Positions 17,802-26,242 of a stretch of 32,153 nt of DNA are shown here, piece by piece. Both the position numbers and the translations under genes were made by a program. The stretch comes from a virus: UHGV virus genome UHGV-0053799; one strand, 5' to 3'. Position 1 is the stretch's first letter, and each line of letters opens with the position of its first letter. The notes under the pieces were generated by a model that saw nothing but the letters and a program-made list of their open reading frames with translations, was not told the DNA's origin and ran no database searches.

Positions 17802-18545
17802 TTAACTGGCTTTCTTTTTCGGGCGTCCACGTTTTGCCGGTGTCACGCTCCGGGTCTTACGCGGGGCACGGGTGACCGCTTCGGGCTGCGGCTCCGGCTT
17901 CGGTTTCAGCTCCCGCTCCAGTCGTTCAATCTCTTTTTTGACGCCTGCCTGACAGTCGAGCTGTGTCGCACGTTGCAGGTGCGCCAGCGCACCGGCGGCA
18001 TCACCAGCGTCACGCAGAAACAGACCGGTGATTTTGTGCAGCTTTGCGCGCACTTCATCAGGCATGTCTGCCGTGGCGGTCAGTTCAAGGGTGTCCGTCA
18101 GCAGGCGGGTATCCACAGACTCACCGGCAGCGTGAGCGCGCATGGCCGCGAGCGCCACCTCCTCGGTGAACATGTACGGCGGGGTGCGGCGGTGTTTACC
18201 CGGCATGGTCAGACCGTACTTCAGGGCATAACGGGCAATCTCCAGCGCACCGGCAATATCGCCGGTATCCAGACGCCACAGCATGACCGTCATCAGAATG
18301 TCATCCTGTGCACCTTTGCCCTGCTCCAGCACGCCGTTCACCCACGGCAACCAGAACGGCAGCAGTTCGCGCTTTTTCGCGGCCTTAAGCTCTTTTGAAT
18401 AAATCGCTTTCAGTGTGCGCTGGTCTGCGGCGAGCTTAACCAGCATCTGCTCATAGACAGTTGCATGTCGCAGCGGGGCGGCTTCCCGCTGCGCGGTCAT
18501 CGCTGCCGAGACCCGCATCATGTGGCGCTGTGCGGGACTCGTCAT
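17802..18545 (-). CDS. M: Terminase endonuclease (small) subunit M
   Basis: 247-aa ORF, basic C-terminus, same length and position as P2 gpM. Confidence 0.9.
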   Translation of the reverse strand: MTSPAQRHMMRVSAAMTAQREAAPLRHATVYEQMLVKLAADQRTLKAIYSKELKAAKKRELLPFWLPWVNGVLEQGKGAQDDILMTVMLWRLDTGDIAGALEIARYALKYGLTMPGKHRRTPPYMFTEEVALAAMRAHAAGESVDTRLLTDTLELTATADMPDEVRAKLHKITGLFLRDAGDAAGALAHLQRATQLDCQAGVKKEIERLERELKPKPEPQPEAVTRAPRKTRSVTPAKRGRPKKKAS

Positions 18546-18548
18546 CGG

Positions 18549-19622
18549 TTACGCTCCCGGCTCTGCGGTCGCCTTAGCCGGTGTGGAGAAATCACCGACC
18601 TTAATTTTTTCCACCAGGCAACCGGCGGCGTAGTCTTCCACCACGTAATCAATATTCATTGACTCGTAGTTCTCCACGCGGTCGAGTTTCGGGTTTTCCT
18701 CAATCACGCGGCGATGGCTGTCATCCATGTAGTAGATGGACAGGTTTTCCAGCTTCGTGATGAGCATCGCATCCGCCGGGAAGTACGGGACGCGTACCGC
18801 CGGCAGGTTGCCGATGCGTTTCTGGCTGATGATGACGTCAGCGGCCAGCATCTCGCTGTTGTCCTGCTCCTTGTTAACGATGGGGAAATACTTGTCCGCC
18901 AGTAGCTGACGCCCCACAATCACCACAAGGTCAGGGTCTTCCTGATACCACGGCTCAATCAGGTTGTTGGTCGCATCCATCACCAGTGCATCGAGGCTGG
19001 CATAATCACCGCCCTTACCCACGCGGATGACCTCAGAGGTCGTGTGACCTTCCTCGTCAGTGACCTTGCTCATCACGCGCGCCGGGGCTTCATTGCGGTA
19101 TTTCTGCAGCCAGCCGACCGCCACATCCTGCAGCATCGGATTGCTGCTGCGGTCAGAGGTTTCGGCACGCCTCACGCCGTTAAAACCGGCCATGATTAAA
19201 TCAAGGGACTGGCGTTTGATAATGGCGTTACGGACACGGAGCTGGAAATCCTGATAACGCGCCCACAGGTCCAGCGTTTTGTAGCGGATATAAAAATCGA
19301 AGTTAATCTGGTCGCATTCGTACTTGTTTGACGCCAGCTTCGAGAAGTCCTTCGGCTGACGCTCGGTGCCACCGGCGGTGTCGGTGGTGCTGGCGATGGA
19401 GCCGGTGACACCAATACCAATTTTTTCCCCTTTCATTTCGCTGACCGGCACAATGTTGATGCGGGTCAGAAAGTCAGAGGACTCCTGCATGGTGTTCATC
19501 AGGGTCTGGGTGACCGACGGTTCAACGGTGAATTTTTTCGACACATCACCGGCGTCGATGCCGTTCAGTTCGGCAACACGGGACAGGTAGGCATTAAATT
19601 TAAAGCGGGTTTCCTGGCGCAT
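18549..19622 (-). CDS. N: Major capsid protein N
   Basis: 357-aa ORF, same length and position as P2 gpN. Confidence 0.9.
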   Translation of the reverse strand: MRQETRFKFNAYLSRVAELNGIDAGDVSKKFTVEPSVTQTLMNTMQESSDFLTRINIVPVSEMKGEKIGIGVTGSIASTTDTAGGTERQPKDFSKLASNKYECDQINFDFYIRYKTLDLWARYQDFQLRVRNAIIKRQSLDLIMAGFNGVRRAETSDRSSNPMLQDVAVGWLQKYRNEAPARVMSKVTDEEGHTTSEVIRVGKGGDYASLDALVMDATNNLIEPWYQEDPDLVVIVGRQLLADKYFPIVNKEQDNSEMLAADVIISQKRIGNLPAVRVPYFPADAMLITKLENLSIYYMDDSHRRVIEENPKLDRVENYESMNIDYVVEDYAAGCLVEKIKVGDFSTPAKATAEPGA

Positions 19623-19680
19623 AGTTTTTCCTGAAATTAAGGGTTAATCGTGAAGGTTTTCCCGGACTGACTGACGCCGG

Positions 19681-20535
19681 TCAGCAGTTCGTCATCAGGG
19701 CGTCACCGCCACCGCCGGTGGCTTTGCTGCGGCGCTGCTGGGTCAGACTTTCGGTGTGGTCGAGACTGTTTTTCAGGCGGGTGAATGCCTGACTGGTTTC
19801 ATCCGCCCTGTCAGTCACATCCTGCTTAAGTGCGGAAAAGGCGGTTTCCATCTCAGCAAGGCGCTGCTCAGTGGCGCTCAGTTTTTCCTGCACATGCTCA
19901 GCGACAGCGGTCACCGCTTCATGCACGTCATTCAGACGAGCGTCATCGCTGGCCTGTTTGCGGCCAAAAATGGATTTCACCTTTTCGGTCAGGGCGGTGA
20001 ACACGGTTTCAGGCAGGTCTTCAAATTCCAGCTCAACAGGCGTTGCCACTGAAATCAGGTTTTCAGGGCTTAATTTGAAGCGGTTCAGAGGGTTGTGTTT
20101 TGCCGTGCGGCAGAATTCCAGGTATTCCGTGCCGAGGCTTGCCGGGTCATCGGTGACGGCCAGACCCACCAGATAACATTTGCCTGTATTGGCAAAGTTC
20201 GGCTGAATTTCCATTGAGGTATAGACCTTCTGCGCGGCCTTGTTCATCGCGATAAGGTCATCGGTCGGGGTGATTTTCGCAAACAGCGCCCATTTGCCTT
20301 TCAGCGCCGAATCATCGTCAATCTTTTCGGCCTTCAGTTCGGCCACATCGCCATAACGTTTAAAAATACCGTCAGGCAGGATGCCGCGCAGATGTTCCAG
20401 GTTAATGCGGCAACCATAGACACGCGGGTCAAAGGTTTCGGCCATTTCCTGAATATCCTGCGCACTGATGACACGCCCGTCACAGGTGTCACCCTCAACG
20501 CCGATACGAAAGAATTTTGAGACTTTTTTTGCCAT
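19681..20535 (-). CDS. O: Capsid scaffolding protein O
   Basis: Start placed at MAKKVSKFFRIGVEGD (20535), giving 284 aa as in P2 gpO. Confidence 0.85.
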   Translation of the reverse strand: MAKKVSKFFRIGVEGDTCDGRVISAQDIQEMAETFDPRVYGCRINLEHLRGILPDGIFKRYGDVAELKAEKIDDDSALKGKWALFAKITPTDDLIAMNKAAQKVYTSMEIQPNFANTGKCYLVGLAVTDDPASLGTEYLEFCRTAKHNPLNRFKLSPENLISVATPVELEFEDLPETVFTALTEKVKSIFGRKQASDDARLNDVHEAVTAVAEHVQEKLSATEQRLAEMETAFSALKQDVTDRADETSQAFTRLKNSLDHTESLTQQRRSKATGGGGDALMTNC

Positions 20536-20708
20536 TGTCAGGAGTCCTGAATAGTGATTAGAGGAGTCACATGTCGGCATCAGTTTCCCGACGATGCGCA
20601 TCCTCCGCCATCAGTCCCGGATGGCTTATCACTGACACAACAGCACCTTAGCGAATCGCGGGGCGCGACTCAGTAGCCTTGCCGTGTATTCATCACGGCG
20701 AGGTATTC

Positions 20709-22481
20709 ATGACCATCACCACAGACACCACTCTTTTACACGACCCGCGTCGTCAGGCGGCGCTGCTGTACTGGCAGGGGTTTTCCGTGCCGCAGATTGC
20801 CGCCATGTTGCAGATGAAACGCCCGACGGTGCAGAGCTGGAAACAGCGCGACGGCTGGGACAGCGTTGCCCCCATCAGCCGTGTCGAAATGAGTCTGGAA
20901 GCGCGGCTGACCCAGCTCATCATCAAACCGCAGAAAACCGGCGGGGACTTCAAGGAAATTGACCTGCTGGGACGCCAGATTGAACGACTGGCACGGGTCA
21001 ACCGTTACAGCCAGACCGGCAACGAGGCAGACCTTAATCCGAACATCGCTAACCGCAACAAAGGCGGGCGTCGCAAACCGAAAAAGAATTTTTTCAGTGA
21101 CGAGGCCATCGAAAAGCTGGAGCAGATTTTCTTTGAGCAGTCTTTCGAATATCAGTTGCACTGGTATCGCGCCGGGCTTGAGCACCGCATCCGCGATATC
21201 CTGAAATCCCGCCAGATTGGCGCGACGTTTTATTTTTCCCGCGAGGCGCTGCTGCGCGCCCTGAAAACCGGTCATAACCAGATTTTTCTGTCGGCCAGTA
21301 AAACGCAGGCGTATGTGTTCCGCGAATACATCATCGCCTTTGCCCGGCTGGTTGACGTTGACCTGACCGGTGACCCGATTGTCCTTGGCAATAACGGCGC
21401 AAAACTGATTTTTCTCGGCACCAACTCCAACACCGCACAGAGCCATAACGGCGACCTGTACGTCGACGAGATTTTCTGGATCCCGAATTTTCAGGTACTG
21501 CGTAAGGTGGCATCAGGTATGGCCTCACAGAGTCACCTGCGCTCGACCTATTTCTCCACCCCGTCCACGCTGGCGCACGACGCCTACCCGTTCTGGTCGG
21601 GTGAACTGTTCAACCGGGGACGCGCCAGCGCCGCCGAACGTGTGGAAATCGACGTCAGTCATAACGCCCTTGCCGGTGGTCTTCTCTGTGCGGACGGCCA
21701 GTGGCGGCAGATTGTCACCATTGAGGACGCCCTGAAAGGCGGCTGCACATTGTTCGACATTGAGCAGCTCAAACGCGAAAACAGCGCCGACGATTTTAAA
21801 AACCTGTTCATGTGTGAATTTGTTGACGACAAGGCATCGGTGTTCCCGTTTGAGGAGCTGCAACGCTGCATGGTCGACACGCTGGAAGAATGGGAAGACT
21901 ATGCGCCGTTTGCCGCCAATCCGTTCGGCTCACGTCCGGTATGGATTGGTTACGACCCGTCACACCGTGGCGACAGCGCCGGATGCGTGGTGCTGGCACC
22001 GCCGGTGGTGGCCGGTGGCAAATTCAGAATACTTGAGCGTCACCAGTGGAAAGGCATGGACTTTGCCACTCAGGCGGAATCCATCCGCAAACTCACCGAA
22101 AAATACAACGTCGAATACATCGGAATTGATGCCACCGGCCTCGGTGTCGGCGTGTTCCAGCTCGTGCGCTCGTTCTATCCCGCCGCGCGTGATATCCGCT
22201 ACACGCCGGAAATGAAAACCGCAATGGTGCTCAAGGCAAAAGACGTTATCCGCCGTGGCTGTCTGGAATACGACGTCAGCGCCACCGACATCACCAGCTC
22301 GTTTATGGCTATCCGCAAGACCATGACCAGCAGCGGACGCAGCGCCACCTATGAGGCCAGCCGCAGCGAGGAAGCCAGCCACGCCGACCTCGCCTGGGCG
22401 ACCATGCACGCCCTGTTAAATGAGCCACTCACCGCCGGTATCAGCACCCCGCTGACATCCACCATTCTGGAGTTTTACTGA
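20709..22481 (+). CDS. P: Terminase ATPase (large) subunit P
   Basis: Start placed at MTITTDTTLLHD (20709), 590 aa; transcribed divergently from O. Confidence 0.9.
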   Translation: MTITTDTTLLHDPRRQAALLYWQGFSVPQIAAMLQMKRPTVQSWKQRDGWDSVAPISRVEMSLEARLTQLIIKPQKTGGDFKEIDLLGRQIERLARVNRYSQTGNEADLNPNIANRNKGGRRKPKKNFFSDEAIEKLEQIFFEQSFEYQLHWYRAGLEHRIRDILKSRQIGATFYFSREALLRALKTGHNQIFLSASKTQAYVFREYIIAFARLVDVDLTGDPIVLGNNGAKLIFLGTNSNTAQSHNGDLYVDEIFWIPNFQVLRKVASGMASQSHLRSTYFSTPSTLAHDAYPFWSGELFNRGRASAAERVEIDVSHNALAGGLLCADGQWRQIVTIEDALKGGCTLFDIEQLKRENSADDFKNLFMCEFVDDKASVFPFEELQRCMVDTLEEWEDYAPFAANPFGSRPVWIGYDPSHRGDSAGCVVLAPPVVAGGKFRILERHQWKGMDFATQAESIRKLTEKYNVEYIGIDATGLGVGVFQLVRSFYPAARDIRYTPEMKTAMVLKAKDVIRRGCLEYDVSATDITSSFMAIRKTMTSSGRSATYEASRSEEASHADLAWATMHALLNEPLTAGISTPLTSTILEFY

Positions 22482-23515
22482 TGAGCAAGAAAAAAGGGAA
22501 AACACCGCGACCAGCGGCAAAAACAATGACCGCCAGCGCCCCGAAAATGGAGGCATTCACCTTTGGTGAGCCGGTGCCGGTACTCGATCGCCGTGACATT
22601 CTGGATTACGTCGAGTGCATCAGTAACGGCAGATGGTATGAGCCACCGGTCAGCTTTACCGGTCTGGCAAAAAGCCTGCGTGCTGCCGTGCATCACAGCT
22701 CCCCGATTTACGTCAAACGTAATATTCTGGCCTCGACATTTATCCCGCATCCGTGGCTTTCCCAGCAGGATTTCAGCCGCTTTGTGCTGGATTTTCTGGT
22801 GTTCGGTAATGCGTTTCTGGAAAAGCGTTACAGCACCACCGGTAAGGTCATCAGACTGGAAACCTCACCGGCAAAATATACCCGCCGTGGCGTGGAAGAA
22901 GATATTTACTGGTGGGTGCCGTCCTTCAACGAGCCAACACCTTTCGCGCCCGGCTCCGTGTTTCACCTGCTGGAGCCGGATATCAATCAGGAGCTGTACG
23001 GCCTGCCGGAATATCTCAGCGCCCTTAACTCTGCCTGGCTGAATGAATCAGCCACGCTGTTCCGCCGCAAGTATTACGAAAACGGCGCACATGCCGGATA
23101 CATCATGTACGTCACCGATGCCGTGCAGGATCGCAACGATATCGAAATGCTCCGCGAAAACATGGTGAAGTCGAAAGGCCGCAACAACTTTAAAAACCTG
23201 TTTCTCTATGCCCCACAGGGGAAAGCCGACGGCATTAAAATTATCCCGCTCAGTGAAGTGGCAACGAAGGACGATTTTTTTAATATCAAAAAAGCCAGCG
23301 CCGCTGACCTGCTGGACGCGCACCGCATCCCCTTTCAGTTGATGGGCGGCAAGCCGGAGAACGTCGGGTCGCTGGGTGATATTGAGAAAGTGGCAAAGGT
23401 CTTTGTCCGCAATGAGCTTATCCCGCTACAGGACAGGATCCGCGAGATAAACGGCTGGCTCGGTCAGGAGGTCATCCGCTTTAAAAACTACTCACTGGAC
23501 ACTGACAACGGCTGA
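22481..23515 (+). CDS. Q: Portal (capsid vertex) protein Q
   Basis: 344-aa ORF; TGATG stop/start overlap with P; last gene before cos. Confidence 0.9.
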   Translation: MSKKKGKTPRPAAKTMTASAPKMEAFTFGEPVPVLDRRDILDYVECISNGRWYEPPVSFTGLAKSLRAAVHHSSPIYVKRNILASTFIPHPWLSQQDFSRFVLDFLVFGNAFLEKRYSTTGKVIRLETSPAKYTRRGVEEDIYWWVPSFNEPTPFAPGSVFHLLEPDINQELYGLPEYLSALNSAWLNESATLFRRKYYENGAHAGYIMYVTDAVQDRNDIEMLRENMVKSKGRNNFKNLFLYAPQGKADGIKIIPLSEVATKDDFFNIKKASAADLLDAHRIPFQLMGGKPENVGSLGDIEKVAKVFVRNELIPLQDRIREINGWLGQEVIRFKNYSLDTDNG

Positions 23516-23520
23516 ACATC

Positions 23521-23542
23521 GCCGCCTGCGGGCGGCTTTTTT
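23521..23542 (+). terminator. Rho-independent terminator after Q
   Basis: GCCGCC-tgcg-GGCGGC followed by TTTTTT (23537-23542), 5 nt past the Q stop codon. Confidence 0.8.
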
Positions 23543-23684
23543 ACACCCCGTCATCACGCCCTCACACGCTCACCACAGCACAAAACACCCCGCAGACACA
23601 CCAACGCCTCAACGGGCAGACTAAGCGCCTTCACGACGCGCTGAGACGCTGAAAAAATAAAATCAGCACCACCGTCAGCGCGCA

Positions 23685-23703
23685 GTGCTTTCCCCGCCTC
23701 GCC
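23685..23703. other. cos: cos cohesive-end sequence
   Basis: Plus strand gtgctttccccgcctcgcc is the reverse complement of GGCGAGGCGGGGAAAGCAC, which I recall as the P2 19-nt cohesive end; position directly beyond Q fits. Confidence 0.75.
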
Positions 23704-23828
23704 CGCCCGCTTCATGGGGCGGTTTTAATGCAGTTGCATGAGCCCACTATAAGTGCATTAGAACTGGCTGAATGAAGAGACAGCGCTTAATCTAGGAAGA
23801 TGCAATAAAATGCAACGCAATGCACTTC

Positions 23829-24527
23829 TTACAACTTCGTCATTGCTGACTCAAATTCATCATTAAATGGCTTAATTTGAGATGATGTTAGTTTTTTTAC
23901 GAACTTTTTTGTTGTTGTTTGAACTACGATTCTACCTTCACCAAGAGCATTCCCCTGGCATTCTTTTACGAACCATTCTTGAGTTACTGATGTGGTAATA
24001 CTCATTGGGATCACAAGCGTTAATATATCTCCGTAGTCTTCTAAAACATGCGGTAACTTGCCAGAGATAAGCGTCCTGGGGTTTACCAATATATTCATTG
24101 CTTTATTATTAGAAAATTGCAACACAACTGATTGAATATTACTCCTTACTTTTCTTTTGTTTGTTATGGTTATTGATATTGCTGTATCTGTAGTGCTAGG
24201 TAAGTACATTGATGGCATTAACACCATGCTATATCGAATAGCAATTTCTTCTGAATTTTCCTTTAGCGAACGGTGTGCTAACAACAATGATGTCGCAACA
24301 GCAGAAAATGCCCCCACCCCAGAAACCCAAGTACCCAACATGGTCAAAAAAGGTATTGTAATTAATTGGTATTTAGTGTCACCATTCAAACCAACACCAC
24401 TATAACCCACGTAACACCCTATAAAAAAGAATAGACAAGCCGTTATTAAAAAAAATAATAAATGCATAGAACTTATATTTTTAAATTTCAGCAACAAACC
24501 TCTTAAAATATATTTGCATCTCTTCAT
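23829..24527 (-). CDS. Hypothetical membrane protein, 2 N-terminal TM helices + ~130-aa soluble C-terminal domain (cargo)
   Basis: 232-aa ORF; hydrophobic LLFFLITACLFFFIGCYVGY and ITIPFLTMLGTWVSGVGAFSAVATSLLLA; a 60-nt sample has 18% G+C. Confidence 0.55.
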   Translation of the reverse strand: MKRCKYILRGLLLKFKNISSMHLLFFLITACLFFFIGCYVGYSGVGLNGDTKYQLITIPFLTMLGTWVSGVGAFSAVATSLLLAHRSLKENSEEIAIRYSMVLMPSMYLPSTTDTAISITITNKRKVRSNIQSVVLQFSNNKAMNILVNPRTLISGKLPHVLEDYGDILTLVIPMSITTSVTQEWFVKECQGNALGEGRIVVQTTTKKFVKKLTSSQIKPFNDEFESAMTKL

Positions 24528-24625
24528 TTTCTAATCTCACATTAAAATCAGACACCAATTTTTGCTAGTCACTATTTTTATGATTGCCAGCATAAATGCT
24601 GGCATCTTTATCATTCTGGCACAGT

Positions 24626-25357
24626 TCACTCACTTATAATTGATACAACCTCACCTGTTTCTACATTGACACGCGCAGCAATCGTCTGTTTCACCACTCC
24701 GCCATAAGCATTAGTTCCGCGAAACGTGGTTTTCACAATGGCATGCGGGTCTTTATTCAAAATCAGATGATATACCGTTGACACATGTTTATAAGATGAA
24801 TCATCGTTCATATTATCTTTAATTAGTTTTTCCAATGGACGATAAGAACCATCCCAACCACTAAAATTACTCTGAAATGTATCAAGATTGATTTTATTGT
24901 TTAGTGACTTCGGGTCATTTTCATAATCATTAAAGCACCACCCAAGAACATCACCGAGTTTCAACTCATCATCTTTGGTAAATGTATACTCACTCATGCA
25001 GGCATAAAACGCATCTGACGCGGCGGCTGGAACTTCCTTAAAATCAATGTAACTATTCACAATATCGTGTCGTGTTTTCTTTGACTCGTTCCGATATTCC
25101 TTGAGTGTTTTTTCACCATATTCGAATGTTTTTTGGACTTTGTGTTCTGCAACGGTTGATGTTTCAGTTTTAGCAACTGGCTGGCTTTTTTCTGTTGGAT
25201 AGAGTATTGAACCAATTATGCTCAATACAAAACCACCTCCGAGATAAACCGCACTTGCACGTTTGCGGTTTGGCATTCGCACCAGTGATGGCCTGATTAA
25301 CCCGATGAAGAAAGCAACGAAAAAAGCGAGTGATAGAAAAGCGATTATAGTATCCAT
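24626..25357 (-). CDS. Hypothetical membrane-anchored protein, 2 N-terminal TM helices + ~180-aa soluble domain (cargo)
   Basis: Start placed at the in-frame ATG 25357 (MDTIIAFLSLAFF...) because AAGGA lies 6 nt upstream; the track ORF extends to 25399 without an RBS; 243 aa. Confidence 0.55.
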   Translation of the reverse strand: MDTIIAFLSLAFFVAFFIGLIRPSLVRMPNRKRASAVYLGGGFVLSIIGSILYPTEKSQPVAKTETSTVAEHKVQKTFEYGEKTLKEYRNESKKTRHDIVNSYIDFKEVPAAASDAFYACMSEYTFTKDDELKLGDVLGWCFNDYENDPKSLNNKINLDTFQSNFSGWDGSYRPLEKLIKDNMNDDSSYKHVSTVYHLILNKDPHAIVKTTFRGTNAYGGVVKQTIAARVNVETGEVVSIISE

Positions 25358-25580
25358 AGCTATCCTTTTTGCATCATCCACATAAAAAATCGACCTCATG
25401 TTAGCAACAGGATGCTTACTTTTGAATATTTGTAAGTTGTTAGCTCTCCAACCTAACTCTTTTCAACCGTCAAAAACCAGCACCAACGCAGTAAAAATAT
25501 GTCTGTCAACTAACGCCTCGCTTCGCTCGTTGTTCAACCCCGCCAGCCCTGAAAACAAGTTTCACGACTGGCGGCGTTCT

Positions 25581-25787
25581 CTATCGTCTGCGTGGTGGTG
25601 GCGCAACTCTGGACTGACCGATATCGTTAAACCGTCTGTAATTATCCCGGACTATTTCGGCACACCCGACCAACTCGTCAGGCGTCAGATTTTCGTTGAG
25701 CATAATCTGCTGTAGACGGTGAACAATGGCCATCAGTTTGATATTTTTAGTTTTATGGTGCGGTATCTCGCCTGGTATTCTGTGCAT
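25581..25787 (-). CDS. Small hypothetical protein (68 aa)
   Basis: ATG at 25787 overlaps the TAA stop of the upstream ORF (TAATG), suggesting translational coupling; no recognisable motif. Confidence 0.3.
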   Translation of the reverse strand: MHRIPGEIPHHKTKNIKLMAIVHRLQQIMLNENLTPDELVGCAEIVRDNYRRFNDIGQSRVAPPPRRR

Positions 25788-26242
25788 TATCCAAGCCACC
25801 CATTTTGCTTTGCACGCTCCACCTGTTCATCTGAATAGTTCCATATCCCATCCGTAGCAACCACTGCCCCGCCAGACATCCCCGTCTCTGGTTCATACAT
25901 AACAGCAAGGCCGAGCTGATGCATAATCTCATGATTAATTCTGAATACCAGACCACGTTCACTAAGTTCTTTCCAGTTCACAATCTTATATGCGCCCGTA
26001 TTAAGCAGCTCAATACTTAGCAAGACATAATCTTCCAGCCAGTCTGACAGGTCAGTAACATCTGTTATCCGGGCTTCAACCTTTCGCCCCGTAAACACAC
26101 CCTGCACCCATTCATGCAAAATCAGCGTGTCCCCGCGCTCATAATTACGGTCATTTTTCCGAAACTCTGCGCGTTTCTTTCCTTCCAGCACAAGGTCAAA
26201 ATATTTGGCGTGCAGCTTTACCTCGTGAATTTTTGCCATCAT
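25787..26242 (-). CDS. ASCH/DUF3850-like (PUA-fold) protein with a C-terminal extension
   Basis: GKKRAEFR fits the ASCH motif GxKxxExR; GGAG RBS; start ATG overlaps the A stop codon (ATGA); C-terminal extension contains HEIMH. Confidence 0.65.
   Translation of the reverse strand: MMAKIHEVKLHAKYFDLVLEGKKRAEFRKNDRNYERGDTLILHEWVQGVFTGRKVEARITDVTDLSDWLEDYVLLSIELLNTGAYKIVNWKELSERGLVFRINHEIMHQLGLAVMYEPETGMSGGAVVATDGIWNYSDEQVERAKQNGWLG

Noticed and set aside
17727-18398. 223-aa plus-strand ORF
   Set aside because: Antisense within terminase small subunit M and the L-M junction; Arg/Gly-rich spurious frame.
20571-20654. 27-codon ORF with a GAGGAG RBS in the O-P intergenic region
   Set aside because: Too short and inside the divergent late-promoter region; the RBS-like sequence is more likely part of promoter or repeat structure. 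Not excluded as a micro-ORF.
20736-21446. 236-aa minus-strand ORF
   Set aside because: Antisense within terminase gene P, whose assignment is strong; no RBS seen.
25398-25715. 105-aa plus-strand ORF
   Set aside because: Lies in the upstream region of the 243-aa cargo gene and overlaps the better-supported minus-strand 68-aa ORF; no RBS.
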